Positions 48,536 through 57,954 of a DNA stretch of 64,000 nt are shown piece by piece (position 1 is the first letter of the stretch; each line of letters opens with the position of its first letter). This DNA comes from Steroidobacteraceae bacterium (GTDB lineage Bacteria; Pseudomonadota; Gammaproteobacteria; Steroidobacterales; Steroidobacteraceae): contig DAIQBB010000007.1 in the NCBI GenBank assembly GCA_036781365.1, positions 18,169 through 82,168 of the forward strand, given 5' to 3'. Position numbers and translations under genes: made by a program. The notes under the pieces were generated by a model. That model saw only the letters and a list, made by a program, of their open reading frames with translations, was not told the DNA's origin and ran no database searches.

Positions 48536-51496
48536 ATGGAAGCAGGACACAAAATACACTTATCGGCAAGGCTTGTCGGCGCGGGGCTCATGTGCCTCGC
48601 GTTGGCGCTCGCAGCAAACTTTCTTTGGTCCGATGATCAGAAAACGGGTTCGGCTGTTCCAGCGCGCTTGCATGACGAATTGTCGAAAAAAGCGGTCTGG
48701 CCGCGGATTGCCGCCAGCCTGCCGCGCTCTGGTCAGTCGCTCTCGTCATTCGGACTCCCGATCCGCTTCGAACCCAATGTAGGTCAGGCTGCGCCAGTGC
48801 TGAAGTACATTGGTCATGCGTCCGGCATGCGAATCGGCTTGTTGGAATCCGACGTGGTGATAGACCTTGCGTCCGCGCAGCCAACTGGTGCCGCACAGGT
48901 TCGCCTGGAACTTGTCGACGCCAACGAGAATCCTGTTCTTCGGGCGGAGCAACCCCAAGTCGGCGTAAGCAATTTCCTGGTTGGAAACGATCCTTCACGA
49001 TGGAAAACCGGCGTTCGTAACTATGGCGCCGTGCGTTACCAGGAGGTCTACCCCGGTGTCGATTGGGTTGTCTACGGCAACGGGCAGCATTTGGAATACG
49101 ACTTCGTACTAGCGCCACACACCGACGTTGGGCAAATCCAGCTGGCTTTTGAAGGAGCCGACAGGATCTCCGTGAATGAGTCCGGTGATCTGTTGATCGA
49201 CATCCAAGGTCACATCCTGCAGCAGTTCAAGCCGGTGATCTACCAGACTCTTTCTGGGGGCGAGCGACAAATCGTCGAGGGCCGCTACACGGTCGATCGA
49301 GAACGCCGAAGCGTAGCCTTTGAGGTCGAAACCTATGATCACGACCGGTCGCTGGTAATCGATCCTGCGGTTTCACATTCGACGTTTATCGGAGGCACTG
49401 ACGCCGACGTAATTCGCGGTATCGCAGTGGACGCCGCTGGCAATATCTATGTCGCCGGGCAGACAAATTCGGCTGACTATCCCACAAGGAATCCGGTGCA
49501 GCCAGAGTTTGCGTTCGGGTTTAGCGATGCCACGGTCGCCAAGCTCGACCCAACCGGCAGTTCGCTGATCTATGCAACATATCTGGGCGGCAGCGGACTT
49601 GATGGTGCGGAAGGCATTGCCGTGAACAGCGCTGGCGAGGCATACGTCGCGGGCGCCACTCAATCGTTCGACTTTCCAACAGTCAATGCCCTGCAGCCGG
49701 ATTTCCGGGGCTTGTTTAATGGGGAGGGCAACGCTTTTATCGCCAAGCTCGATGCGACCGGCAGTTCCCTTCTGTATTCCACGTATCTGGGAGGGAGCGG
49801 AAGTGAGGCGCACTACGGTGGTGACATTGCCTATGGTATTGCCGTTGATGCGGCCGGCGTCGCCTATGTGGCTGGCCAAGCTTCATCACTCGACTTCCCG
49901 ACAGCTTCCCCATTACAGGATACCAATACCGGGGCGCCAGGCGCATTTGTCGCGGCATTGTCCTCGGATGGCAGCTCGCTCGTCTATTCGACCTATCTGA
50001 CTGGAATCGGCTATGCAACGGCCTTTGCGGTCGCCGCTGACATGGAGGGGCACGCGTTTGTCACAGGCTATGTCGGAGGCGCGACCGATCCGATGTTCCC
50101 GATCGTGAATGCGTACCAGCCCGTAGCGCCCGACGGCGACAACGCGTTCTTAAGCAAGTTTGCCCCGGACGGCAGCGAGCTGATCTATTCGACATACTTG
50201 GGCGGCTACGGTAGCGAGGTTGGGTTCGGCATCGCGCTTGACAATGTCGGCAGTGCCTACATCACGGGTGTCACCACGGCCTCAGATTTTCCGATCATCA
50301 ATGCCGTTCAAGACGAACATGGTGGCCTGAGGTTTGCTGGGGACGAGGATGGCGCCGACTCGTTTGTAAGCAAGTTCAGTCCTGATGGCAGGTCATTGCT
50401 TTACTCAACGTACCTCGGCGGAGATCGCTTGGATGTCAGCCGTGCAATTGCTGTGGACACTGCTGGCAGCGCATACGTTGTTGGAGATACCCGCTCGGCC
50501 GATTTTCCGCTGTTCGATGCGCTGCAGTGTGAAATTGTTCAGCGTGGAACTGCCGGGGACGATGACAGGGATGGTTTCGTCACGAAGCTCAGTCCCAGCG
50601 GAAATAGGCTGGAATATTCGACATTCCTTGGAGGCGAGAAGCTCGATCAAGCCAAGGCAGCGGCAATCGGCGCTCGCGGGCAACTTCACGTCGCTGGGTG
50701 GACGGCTTCAAGCCTGTTTCCCACGGTGATACCAATCCAGAACATCAATCGTGCCGTATATGAAACGGCCTTCATCGCGACCCTCGAGAATTCGGACCGC
50801 AGCACGCAGCCACCGCTGTATCCAACCGGAGTCGCGGCCTTGGCGGGAGACGAGCAGATCACCCTGACATGGGAAGTCTGTGTGCCGGAAACGAGTTACA
50901 CCATCTACGTGGGCACCGAATCCGGTGGTCAAGGTGCTCTCCCGGTCCAATCCGGCATTACGGGCAATAGCGCCACGCTGTCTGGTTTGGCCAATAACAC
51001 GACCTATTATCTCGAAGTGGTCGGCGTCAATGCCGCGGGTGAGGGTGAGCGCTCCGTGGAGGTCTCGGCAACACCTTTCCTGGAAGTGCCCGCGCAAGTT
51101 ACGGGGGTTACGCTCACTGCCCGTGTACGATCCTTGCAGATTGATTGGGCCGCAGCAGCTCGCGCCGATCGCTATCGCGTTTATGTTCGGACTTTGACGG
51201 GCGTTGAAACGACACACGATGTGCCGGGAGCACCGACTTCCTACGTTGCGCTCAATCTCCTTGCCGACCAGCCGTATGTCATTCAAGTTGCAGGAATCAA
51301 TGACAGTGGTCTTGGCCAAAAATCGGTTGCAGTGAGAGCCTCACCGCTTGAACCTGATACCGGGGGTGGCGGCGGTGGCGGCTCAATCGGTTATTCACTG
51401 CTCGCATGGCTTGGATTGATTGTGACGCTTCGCAGGGCAAGCGCCGGACGTCTTAGTTTTCAAGGTCGAGCTACGAGCGTGAAGGGTCAAATTTAG
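48536..51496 (+). CDS. Secreted SBBP beta-propeller repeat protein with 2 FN3 domains and a GlyGly-CTERM-like tail
   Basis: The internal ATG at 48536 gives a signal/anchor MEAGHKIHLSARLVGAGLMCLALALAANF. The LPIRFEPNVGQ... N-terminal module is typical of SBBP proteins. About 7 repeats follow of the form [FV]xKLxxxGSxLxYSTYLGGxxxDxxxGIAVDxxGxAYVxGxTxSxDFP. Then come two FN3-like units (ITLTWE..YYLEVVGVNAAGEG and LQIDWA..YVIQVAGINDSGLG). The tail is GGGGGGGSIGYSLLAWLGLIVTLRR. GC is lower than in the flanks. Confidence 0.85.
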   Translation: MEAGHKIHLSARLVGAGLMCLALALAANFLWSDDQKTGSAVPARLHDELSKKAVWPRIAASLPRSGQSLSSFGLPIRFEPNVGQAAPVLKYIGHASGMRIGLLESDVVIDLASAQPTGAAQVRLELVDANENPVLRAEQPQVGVSNFLVGNDPSRWKTGVRNYGAVRYQEVYPGVDWVVYGNGQHLEYDFVLAPHTDVGQIQLAFEGADRISVNESGDLLIDIQGHILQQFKPVIYQTLSGGERQIVEGRYTVDRERRSVAFEVETYDHDRSLVIDPAVSHSTFIGGTDADVIRGIAVDAAGNIYVAGQTNSADYPTRNPVQPEFAFGFSDATVAKLDPTGSSLIYATYLGGSGLDGAEGIAVNSAGEAYVAGATQSFDFPTVNALQPDFRGLFNGEGNAFIAKLDATGSSLLYSTYLGGSGSEAHYGGDIAYGIAVDAAGVAYVAGQASSLDFPTASPLQDTNTGAPGAFVAALSSDGSSLVYSTYLTGIGYATAFAVAADMEGHAFVTGYVGGATDPMFPIVNAYQPVAPDGDNAFLSKFAPDGSELIYSTYLGGYGSEVGFGIALDNVGSAYITGVTTASDFPIINAVQDEHGGLRFAGDEDGADSFVSKFSPDGRSLLYSTYLGGDRLDVSRAIAVDTAGSAYVVGDTRSADFPLFDALQCEIVQRGTAGDDDRDGFVTKLSPSGNRLEYSTFLGGEKLDQAKAAAIGARGQLHVAGWTASSLFPTVIPIQNINRAVYETAFIATLENSDRSTQPPLYPTGVAALAGDEQITLTWEVCVPETSYTIYVGTESGGQGALPVQSGITGNSATLSGLANNTTYYLEVVGVNAAGEGERSVEVSATPFLEVPAQVTGVTLTARVRSLQIDWAAAARADRYRVYVRTLTGVETTHDVPGAPTSYVALNLLADQPYVIQVAGINDSGLGQKSVAVRASPLEPDTGGGGGGGSIGYSLLAWLGLIVTLRRASAGRLSFQGRATSVKGQI

Positions 51497-51578
51497 GCGT
51501 GCCGTAACCTCCAGACAATTGCAACCAGTCGCGGGTAGAGTTGCCTCTGTGTACAAGCGTTGGATTTGAACAAAACGC

Positions 51579-52811
51579 ATGAAGCGCGACTTCGAAGTGG
51601 TCGTGGTCGGTGGGGCGATGGCCGGCGCCGGAACGGCGGCGCTCCTCGCGGCTACGCCCGCGACGGCCCGGCTCCGCGTTGCGCTCGTCGAACCGCGGCC
51701 TGCGACGGCCCCGGAAAGCGGCGCGCCGCTCGACCTGCGCGTGTCCGCGCTCTCGCGGGCGTCGCAGCGGCTCCTCGAGCTCACCGGAGCGTGGCCCGCC
51801 GTCGCGGCACGCGCTTGCGCCTACCAGCGCATGGTGGTCTGGGAGGAGCGCACGGATCCTGGCGCCGCAGACGCGCTCGTATTCGATGCCGCCGAGCTCG
51901 GGGAGCCGGACCTTGGGCACATCGGCGAGAACCTGAGCATCCAGGCTGCGCTTACCGAACGGGCCGAGGCGCTCGGGGTCGTGCTGCTCCGCGCGGAATT
52001 CGCGACCCTCGAATCGACGCGCGACGCCGTCCGAGTCGGCCTTGGAGACGGGCGCGAGTTCCGCGCCGGGCTCGTCGTCGGCGCGGACGGCGCCGATTCT
52101 GCGGTGCGCCGCCTGGCGGGGATCGACACCCGTGGCTGGGACTACGGACAGCGCGCGGTCGTCGCGCATCTCGCGCCCGAACAGGCGCACGCCGAAACCG
52201 CCTGGCAGAGGTTTCTCGACACCGGGCCGCTGGCGCTCCTGCCGCTTGCGGACGGCCGCGTCTCGCTCGTCTGGTCGACATTGCCAGAGCATGCGGAGGC
52301 GCTCGTGCATTGCCCTAAAGCGGAATTCTCCGAGCGCGTAACCGCGGCTTCTGCGAATGTACTCGGCCGGCTGTCCGCGACCACGCCGCGCGCTTCCTTT
52401 CCGCTCCGGCTGCTTCACGCGCGGCGGTATGTCTGTCCCCGCGTCGCGCTCGTCGGCGATGCCGCGCACACGGTCCACCCGCTCGCGGGCCAGGGCATCA
52501 ACCTCGCATTTCTCGATGCCGCGGCACTGGTTGACGTCCTGGGAACCGCCGTCGAGGCGGGCGACGATCCGGGCGAGCCCGGCCCGCTGCGCCGCTACGA
52601 GCGCTGGCGCAAGGCCGAGGCGATTCCGGCGATCGCACTCCTCGACGGCATCAAGCGGCTGTTCTTCGGTGGCAATCCCCTGCAGTCGCGGCTGCGCCGC
52701 GGTGTGCTCGGTCTCGCGCAGTCTTCGGGGACGGTCAAGCGCTTGCTGATGCAGCGTGCACTCGGCGTTGCGGGCGACGTGCCGGCGTCGGTGCGCCGCG
52801 CGCCCTCATGA
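51579..52811 (+). CDS. ubiI: UbiH/UbiF/VisC/COQ6-family ubiquinone biosynthesis hydroxylase
   Basis: 410 aa with FAD fold DFEVVVVGGAMAGAG and the motif GDAAHTVHPLAGQGINL. It is a paralogue of ubiH. The symbol is assigned by synteny with E. coli visC/ubiI, so the exact specificity (UbiI versus UbiF) is uncertain. Confidence 0.85.
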   Translation: MKRDFEVVVVGGAMAGAGTAALLAATPATARLRVALVEPRPATAPESGAPLDLRVSALSRASQRLLELTGAWPAVAARACAYQRMVVWEERTDPGAADALVFDAAELGEPDLGHIGENLSIQAALTERAEALGVVLLRAEFATLESTRDAVRVGLGDGREFRAGLVVGADGADSAVRRLAGIDTRGWDYGQRAVVAHLAPEQAHAETAWQRFLDTGPLALLPLADGRVSLVWSTLPEHAEALVHCPKAEFSERVTAASANVLGRLSATTPRASFPLRLLHARRYVCPRVALVGDAAHTVHPLAGQGINLAFLDAAALVDVLGTAVEAGDDPGEPGPLRRYERWRKAEAIPAIALLDGIKRLFFGGNPLQSRLRRGVLGLAQSSGTVKRLLMQRALGVAGDVPASVRRAPS

Positions 52812-54380
52812 GCGGATGTCGACGTCCTTTGTTTCCCGGAGCCCGATGAGCCCGACGATGCCGCTCATTGCGGCGACGGCGATCGGATACCAGAGCCCGT
52901 AGTAGATATTGCCGCTCAGCACGACCAGGGCAGCTGCCAGGAAGGGCAGGAAACCGCCGAACCAGCCATTGCCGATGTGGTAGGGCAGGCTCATCGACGA
53001 ATAGCGGATCCGCGACGGGAACAGCTCGACGAGGTACGCGGCAATCGGCCCGTAGACCATCGTCACATAGAGCATGAGTAACGTAAGCAAGAACATTGCA
53101 GCCGGAAAGTTCATGCGCGCGCGATCGGGACCTGCCGGGTACCCGGCCTCGTCGAGCGCTGCGCGGTAGGCAACCTCGTCGAAGCCCTCGAGGCGTACGC
53201 CTGCGATCGTCGTCACGACCTCGCGGCCGGTTTCGGGCACGACGCGTTCGTAGTTGACACCCGCCTTGGTCAGGAAGTCACGCGCCTGGTCGCAGGCAGT
53301 CTTTGGCTTCGCGAACATGTGAAAGTCGCAATCGCTGCCCGCGACGGTCACCGCGGCGCGCGCCTCGAACTCGGCGAGCGCCGGGTTCACGGACAGCGTC
53401 AGCCCCTTGAAGATCGGAATGAAGGTGAATGCGGCGAGGAGGCAGCCGGTCACCATGATCCGCTTTCGGCCGATGCGATCCGAAAGCCGGCCGAAGATCA
53501 CGAAGAACGGCGTGCCGATCACGAGTGCCGCCGCGATCAGCAGATAAGCGGTCTGGAAATCGAGCTTCAGGGTGTTCTGCAGGAAAAAGAGCGCATAAAA
53601 CTGGCCCGTGTACCAGACGACTCCCTGGCCCGCGGTTGCGCCGAGCAGAGCGAGCAGCACGATGCGGGCGTTGCGCCACTGCCCGAAGCTCTCGGTCAGC
53701 GGTGCGCGCGACAGCCGGCCCTCGGCCTTCATCTCGACGAAGACCGGGGATTCCTGGAGTCGCAGACGGATGTAGACGGATACCGCGAGCAGGGCGACGG
53801 AGATCAGGAAGGGAACGCGCCAGCCCCATTCGCGAAATGCGTCCTCGCCAAAGCCGAGCCTGCAGCAGAGGATCACGGCGAGCGAGAGGAAAAACCCGAG
53901 AGTCGCAGTCGTCTGGATCCAGCTCGTGTAGTAGCCGCGCTTGCCCTGCGGGGCATGCTCGGCGACGTAGGTCGCGGCGCCGCCGTACTCGCCGCCGAGG
54001 GCGAGACCCTGCGCGAGCCGCAGGGTGACGAGGAGGATCGGAGCCCAGATCCCGATCTGCGCATAGGTCGGCAGCACTCCGACAAGCGCGGTCGCGAGGC
54101 CCATGACGACGATCGTGATCAGAAAGGTGTACTTGCGGCCGATCATGTCGCCGATGCGTCCGAACACGAGTGCGCCGAGCGGCCGGACTGCGAAACCCGC
54201 GCCGAAGGTGGCAAGGCTCGCGAGGAAAGCGGCCGTCTCGTTGCCCGGGGGGAAGAAGAGCGCCGAAAAGAACACGGCGAGCGTGCCGTAGAGGTAGAAG
54301 TCGTACCACTCGAAGACCGTGCCGAGCGAGGAGGCGAAGATCACCTTCCGGTGCGCGGAGTCGATACCGGCCTTTCTCAA
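52806..54380 (-). CDS. MHS-family MFS metabolite:H+ symporter with a ~95-aa soluble insert
   Basis: 524 aa with N-terminus ...SSLGTVFEWYDFYLYGTLAVFF and GRIGDMIGRKYTF, typical of the ProP/KgtP/ShiA (MHS) family. A hydrophilic insert spans residues ~329-425. Confidence 0.85.
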   Translation of the reverse strand: MRKAGIDSAHRKVIFASSLGTVFEWYDFYLYGTLAVFFSALFFPPGNETAAFLASLATFGAGFAVRPLGALVFGRIGDMIGRKYTFLITIVVMGLATALVGVLPTYAQIGIWAPILLVTLRLAQGLALGGEYGGAATYVAEHAPQGKRGYYTSWIQTTATLGFFLSLAVILCCRLGFGEDAFREWGWRVPFLISVALLAVSVYIRLRLQESPVFVEMKAEGRLSRAPLTESFGQWRNARIVLLALLGATAGQGVVWYTGQFYALFFLQNTLKLDFQTAYLLIAAALVIGTPFFVIFGRLSDRIGRKRIMVTGCLLAAFTFIPIFKGLTLSVNPALAEFEARAAVTVAGSDCDFHMFAKPKTACDQARDFLTKAGVNYERVVPETGREVVTTIAGVRLEGFDEVAYRAALDEAGYPAGPDRARMNFPAAMFLLTLLMLYVTMVYGPIAAYLVELFPSRIRYSSMSLPYHIGNGWFGGFLPFLAAALVVLSGNIYYGLWYPIAVAAMSGIVGLIGLRETKDVDIRS

Positions 54381-54709
54381 AACAGCGCATCCGCCTTGGC
54401 GGCACAGATGAAGTCGTTGTCGGAGAGGCCGCCGATGGCGTGGGTCGAGTAGCGGATTCGGCAGTAGTTGTAGCCGACTTCAAGATCCGGGTGATGATCC
54501 TCGACGTTCGCGATGTGAGCAAGCGCATTGACGAAGCTCATCGTCCGCCAGAAATCCGGGAACTTGAGCTCGCGGCGGATCGCCTTGCCATCCTCGGCGA
54601 GCGTCCAGTCAGCGTGCAGGAGCTTCATCATGCCGCCCGCCTGTTTCGCGTCGAGCGGCCGCACTCCGCCCTCGCAGGGCACACACCTGCGTTCCTTCAG
54701 CGCGTCCAT
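54377..54709 (-). CDS. phhB: Pterin-4a-carbinolamine dehydratase
   Basis: 110 aa: ...FVNALAHIANVEDHHPDLEVGYNYCRIRYSTH... Confidence 0.92.
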   Translation of the reverse strand: MDALKERRCVPCEGGVRPLDAKQAGGMMKLLHADWTLAEDGKAIRRELKFPDFWRTMSFVNALAHIANVEDHHPDLEVGYNYCRIRYSTHAIGGLSDNDFICAAKADALF

Positions 54710-55932
54710 CAGGCCTCCCGGCGCGCATAGCTGCGCGCGACGTAACGTTCCACCAGTTCCTGGAATTCCTCGGCGATACGATCGCCCTTCAGCGTTACCG
54801 TCTTCTCGCCGTCTTCGTACACTGGCGCGACCGGGCGCTCGCCGGTGCCCGGCAGGCTGATGCCGATGTTCGCGTGCTTGCTCTCTCCAGGCCCGTTGAC
54901 GACGCAGCCCATCACGGCGACCGTCATGTTCTCGGCGCCCACGTACTCATTCCGCCAGGCGGGCATGCGTTCCCGCACATGGTCCTGGATGCGCTGCGCA
55001 AGCTCCTGGAAATAGCTGCTCGTCGTGCGTCCGCAACCGGGGCAGGCGACGACACGCGGCAGGAAGGCGCGAAGCCCGAGGCTCTGGAGGATCTCCTGCG
55101 CAATGCGGACTTCCTGGCGGCGGTCGCCGCCGGGCTCGGGCGTGAGCGACACGCGGATCGTGTCTCCGATGCCTTCCTGGAGCAGCACCGCGATTGCGGC
55201 CGTCGAGGACACGATGCCCTTGGCGCCCATTCCCGCCTCGGTGAGCCCGAGGTGCAGGGCATAGCCGCAGCGCGACGCGAGCGCACGATAGATCGCGATC
55301 AGATCCTGCACGCCGCTGACCTTGCTGCTGATGACGATCGCGTCATGCGGGAGACCCAGCTCCTCCGCACGCGACGCCGAGGCGAGCGCCGACACGACCG
55401 TCGCCTCGCGCAGGACTTCGAGCGCATCGAGCGGTTCCGCGGCCCGTGAATTCTCGTCCATCATGCGTGTCAGCAGGTCCTGGTCGAGGCTGCCCCAGTT
55501 GACGCCGATGCGCACCGGTTTGGCATGACGGCATGCAGTCTCGATCATTGCGGCGAATTGCGGGTCGCGCTTGCTGCCGCGGCCGACATTGCCAGGATTG
55601 ATGCGGTACTTGTCGAGCGCCTCGGCGCAGCCCGGATGGGCCGCGAGCAGCTTGTGGCCGTTGAAGTGGAAGTCGCCGACGATGGGCACGTCGCAGCCCT
55701 GCGCGCGCAGCTGGTCCCGGATCGCAGGTACCGCCGCAGCGGCCTCGTCGGTATTGACCGTCACGCGCACGATCTCGGATCCGGCTTCGGCGAGCTCACG
55801 CACCTGGCGGACGGTCGCCGCGATGTCCGCCGTATCCGTGTTGGTCATCGACTGGACGACGACCGGCGCGCCGCCGCCAACCGTGACGACGCCGATTCGG
55901 ACCGCGACCGCGGGCCGACGCGCGGCGGTCAC
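54709..55932 (-). CDS. ispG: 4-hydroxy-3-methylbut-2-en-1-yl diphosphate synthase
   Basis: The GTG start at 55932 forms a GTGA overlap with the upstream stop. The sequence reads ...[31 protein letters not shown]... and has the C-terminal Fe-S Cys motif ACPGCGRT. The track ORF start at 56262 is over-extended. Confidence 0.95.
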   Translation of the reverse strand: MTAARRPAVAVRIGVVTVGGGAPVVVQSMTNTDTADIAATVRQVRELAEAGSEIVRVTVNTDEAAAAVPAIRDQLRAQGCDVPIVGDFHFNGHKLLAAHPGCAEALDKYRINPGNVGRGSKRDPQFAAMIETACRHAKPVRIGVNWGSLDQDLLTRMMDENSRAAEPLDALEVLREATVVSALASASRAEELGLPHDAIVISSKVSGVQDLIAIYRALASRCGYALHLGLTEAGMGAKGIVSSTAAIAVLLQEGIGDTIRVSLTPEPGGDRRQEVRIAQEILQSLGLRAFLPRVVACPGCGRTTSSYFQELAQRIQDHVRERMPAWRNEYVGAENMTVAVMGCVVNGPGESKHANIGISLPGTGERPVAPVYEDGEKTVTLKGDRIAEEFQELVERYVARSYARREA

Positions 55933-57743
55933 TTCGCCTTCTGTGCCGCGATCCAGTCGTCGGCCGTGCGCTCCAGGATCTCGAGCGGCACGGCGCCGGT
56001 CGCGAGGATGGTATCGTGGAAGTTGCGGATGTCGAACTTGTCGCCGAGCTCGATCTTCGCGCGATCCCGCAACTCGAGGATCTTCAGTTGCCCGATCTTG
56101 TAGGCGAGCGCCTGTCCCGGCCAGGCGATGTAGCGGTCGATCTCGTTGACGATGTCGGCCTCGGTCTTGGCGGCGTTCGCCATGAAGTAGTCGATCGCCT
56201 GCTGCCGCGTCCATTTCATCTGGTGGATGCCGGTATCCACCACCAGGCGCACGGCCCGCCACTGGTCATACGTGAGCTGGCCGAATCGGGAATAGGGATC
56301 CTTGTAGAGGCCGAGTTCGTAGCCGAGCCGTTCCGAATAGAGCGCCCATCCTTCGATGTAGGCCGTGAAGCTGCCCGCGCGGCGGAATTTCGGCAGGTCG
56401 GTCTGTTCCTGCGCGAGCGCAATCTGCAAATGATGGCCCGGTGCGGCCTCGTGCACGGTCAGCACTTCCATCTCGTACTTCGGCCGGACCTCGGGGCGGT
56501 ACAGGTTGACGTAGTAATAGCCGGCCCGGGTACCGTCGATCGACGGGCCGCTGTAATAAGCGGTCGTGGTATTCGGTGCGCTGTTATCCGGAATCGCCCG
56601 GAGGCCAAACGGCGTGCGATAGAGCTTGCCGAAGAGCTTCGGCAGCTCGGGGTCGATAACCTTCGTGATGAAAGCATACGCGCGGAATAACTCATCACCC
56701 GTCTTGTAATAGAACTGCGGGTCGGTGCGCAGGTGCTGGAAGAAATCGGTGAGCGAACCCTTGAATCCGACCTCGTCCATGACCCTCTGCATTTCGGCGC
56801 GATTCCGCGCGACCTCGGCAAGGCCGATCTTGTGGATTTCTTCGGGCGTCAACGGCGTGGTCGTGTGATAACGGGTCACGAATGCGTAATAAGCGGTGCC
56901 GCCTGGCGTGTCCCAGATTCCGACCGTGTCGCGGGTTGAAGGCAGGTATTCATCCTTGAACACCTGGGTGAAGCGCTGGTAGGCGGGGATGACGTTTTCC
57001 GCAATCACTTTTTTCGCCGAGGCTGAGAGCCGCACTCGCTCCGCGACCGGGATCGCGTCCGGATACGAGCGGAAGCGCGCGAAGAATGGGCTGTTCTCCG
57101 GCTTCGCCGGCGTCTGCGCTGCGAGCTGCGGCAACACGCGCTCCATGATGACTCTGGGCTGTGTGCGCTTCTCGCGGGCACCGCGGCGCAGCAGTTCGCC
57201 GTACTGCTCGAGGTAAGCCGGAATAGCCGCCATGCGCCGGATCCAGGTCTCGTAGTCCTTCGCCGTCTCGAAGGGCATCTGCTCGGCGATCTCATCGATC
57301 GATTGGGGGCCATCGCGCGCCTGAATGTCGTAATACTCGGCATGCAAAGGCACTGCCGCCTTGCGTGTCTCGTATTTGTGGCGGAAGAGGTCGTAGTTCA
57401 GCTGTTCGGCACGGGACAGCTCGTCACGGGGAATGCGGGCAAGGTCGTCGGGTACTTTCGCATCGGCGGCATCGCGCGCGGCCTGCGCCGCCGGCGAGAT
57501 GTCGGGCCAGCGATCGTTGTATCGTGGATCGCCGAAGTAGGTCGCGGCGAACGGATTGTCGGACAGCTCGCGTTCCCATTCGCGATCGAAAAGGGCGTGC
57601 AGGTCCTTCGTGGCATCGGCGTAAGCGGATGGAGCGACGAGCCATGCGCTGCAAATCAGCGCGAGCGACAGTGCAAGCAGTCGGGGCATGAGCAGGACTC
57701 CGGTGCCGGGTACGACTTTCGCGCGATGATACCCTGTGCTCAA
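55929..57743 (-). CDS. DUF885-family secreted protein (putative metallopeptidase-like)
   Basis: 604 aa with [10 protein letters not shown], the DUF885 signature. The signal peptide [24 protein letters not shown] suggests the real start is the ATG at 57689. Confidence 0.85.
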   Translation of the reverse strand: MSTGYHRAKVVPGTGVLLMPRLLALSLALICSAWLVAPSAYADATKDLHALFDREWERELSDNPFAATYFGDPRYNDRWPDISPAAQAARDAADAKVPDDLARIPRDELSRAEQLNYDLFRHKYETRKAAVPLHAEYYDIQARDGPQSIDEIAEQMPFETAKDYETWIRRMAAIPAYLEQYGELLRRGAREKRTQPRVIMERVLPQLAAQTPAKPENSPFFARFRSYPDAIPVAERVRLSASAKKVIAENVIPAYQRFTQVFKDEYLPSTRDTVGIWDTPGGTAYYAFVTRYHTTTPLTPEEIHKIGLAEVARNRAEMQRVMDEVGFKGSLTDFFQHLRTDPQFYYKTGDELFRAYAFITKVIDPELPKLFGKLYRTPFGLRAIPDNSAPNTTTAYYSGPSIDGTRAGYYYVNLYRPEVRPKYEMEVLTVHEAAPGHHLQIALAQEQTDLPKFRRAGSFTAYIEGWALYSERLGYELGLYKDPYSRFGQLTYDQWRAVRLVVDTGIHQMKWTRQQAIDYFMANAAKTEADIVNEIDRYIAWPGQALAYKIGQLKILELRDRAKIELGDKFDIRNFHDTILATGAVPLEILERTADDWIAAQKAK

Positions 57744-57782
57744 GGGCGCTTTCCGCTAGAATCCGTGCTGTCGCGATGAAGT

Positions 57783-57954
57783 CCTGCCGGAGAGTCTGCG
57801 CACGCGCGGCGCCGAAGGCGCAACCCGCCCGGAAACGCTCAGGCACCCGAACGGCAGGAACCAGCGAACTCTGGAGAGTGGCCCTTGCGGGCCTACCGAA
57901 GGGGAGCGGAACCGGGTTCGATCCGGTACCCAATGCCGTATCGCAGGTAAGCGG
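57783..57954 (+). promoter_or_regulatory. Tandem glycine riboswitch (two aptamers) upstream of gcvT
   Basis: Aptamer 1 reads ccGGAGAGucugcg...gCGCCGAAGGcGCAAccc...acgCUCAGGCacccgaacGGcagg (~57783-57858). Aptamer 2 reads cucuGGAGAGuggcccuugcgggccuACCGAAGGGGagc...ucgCAGGuaagcGGAug (~57868-57957). It abuts the gcvT ATG. Confidence 0.8.

Noticed and set aside
48211-48569. ORFs 48211..48525 (+, 104 aa) and 48324..48569 / 48371..48559 (-) in the low-GC spacer of the island, considered as possible accessory or mobility genes
   Set aside because: They have no RBS, no recognisable motif and Ser/Cys/Arg-rich odd composition, and they mutually overlap. They cannot be supported from sequence alone. The spacer may be a decayed remnant or the promoter region.
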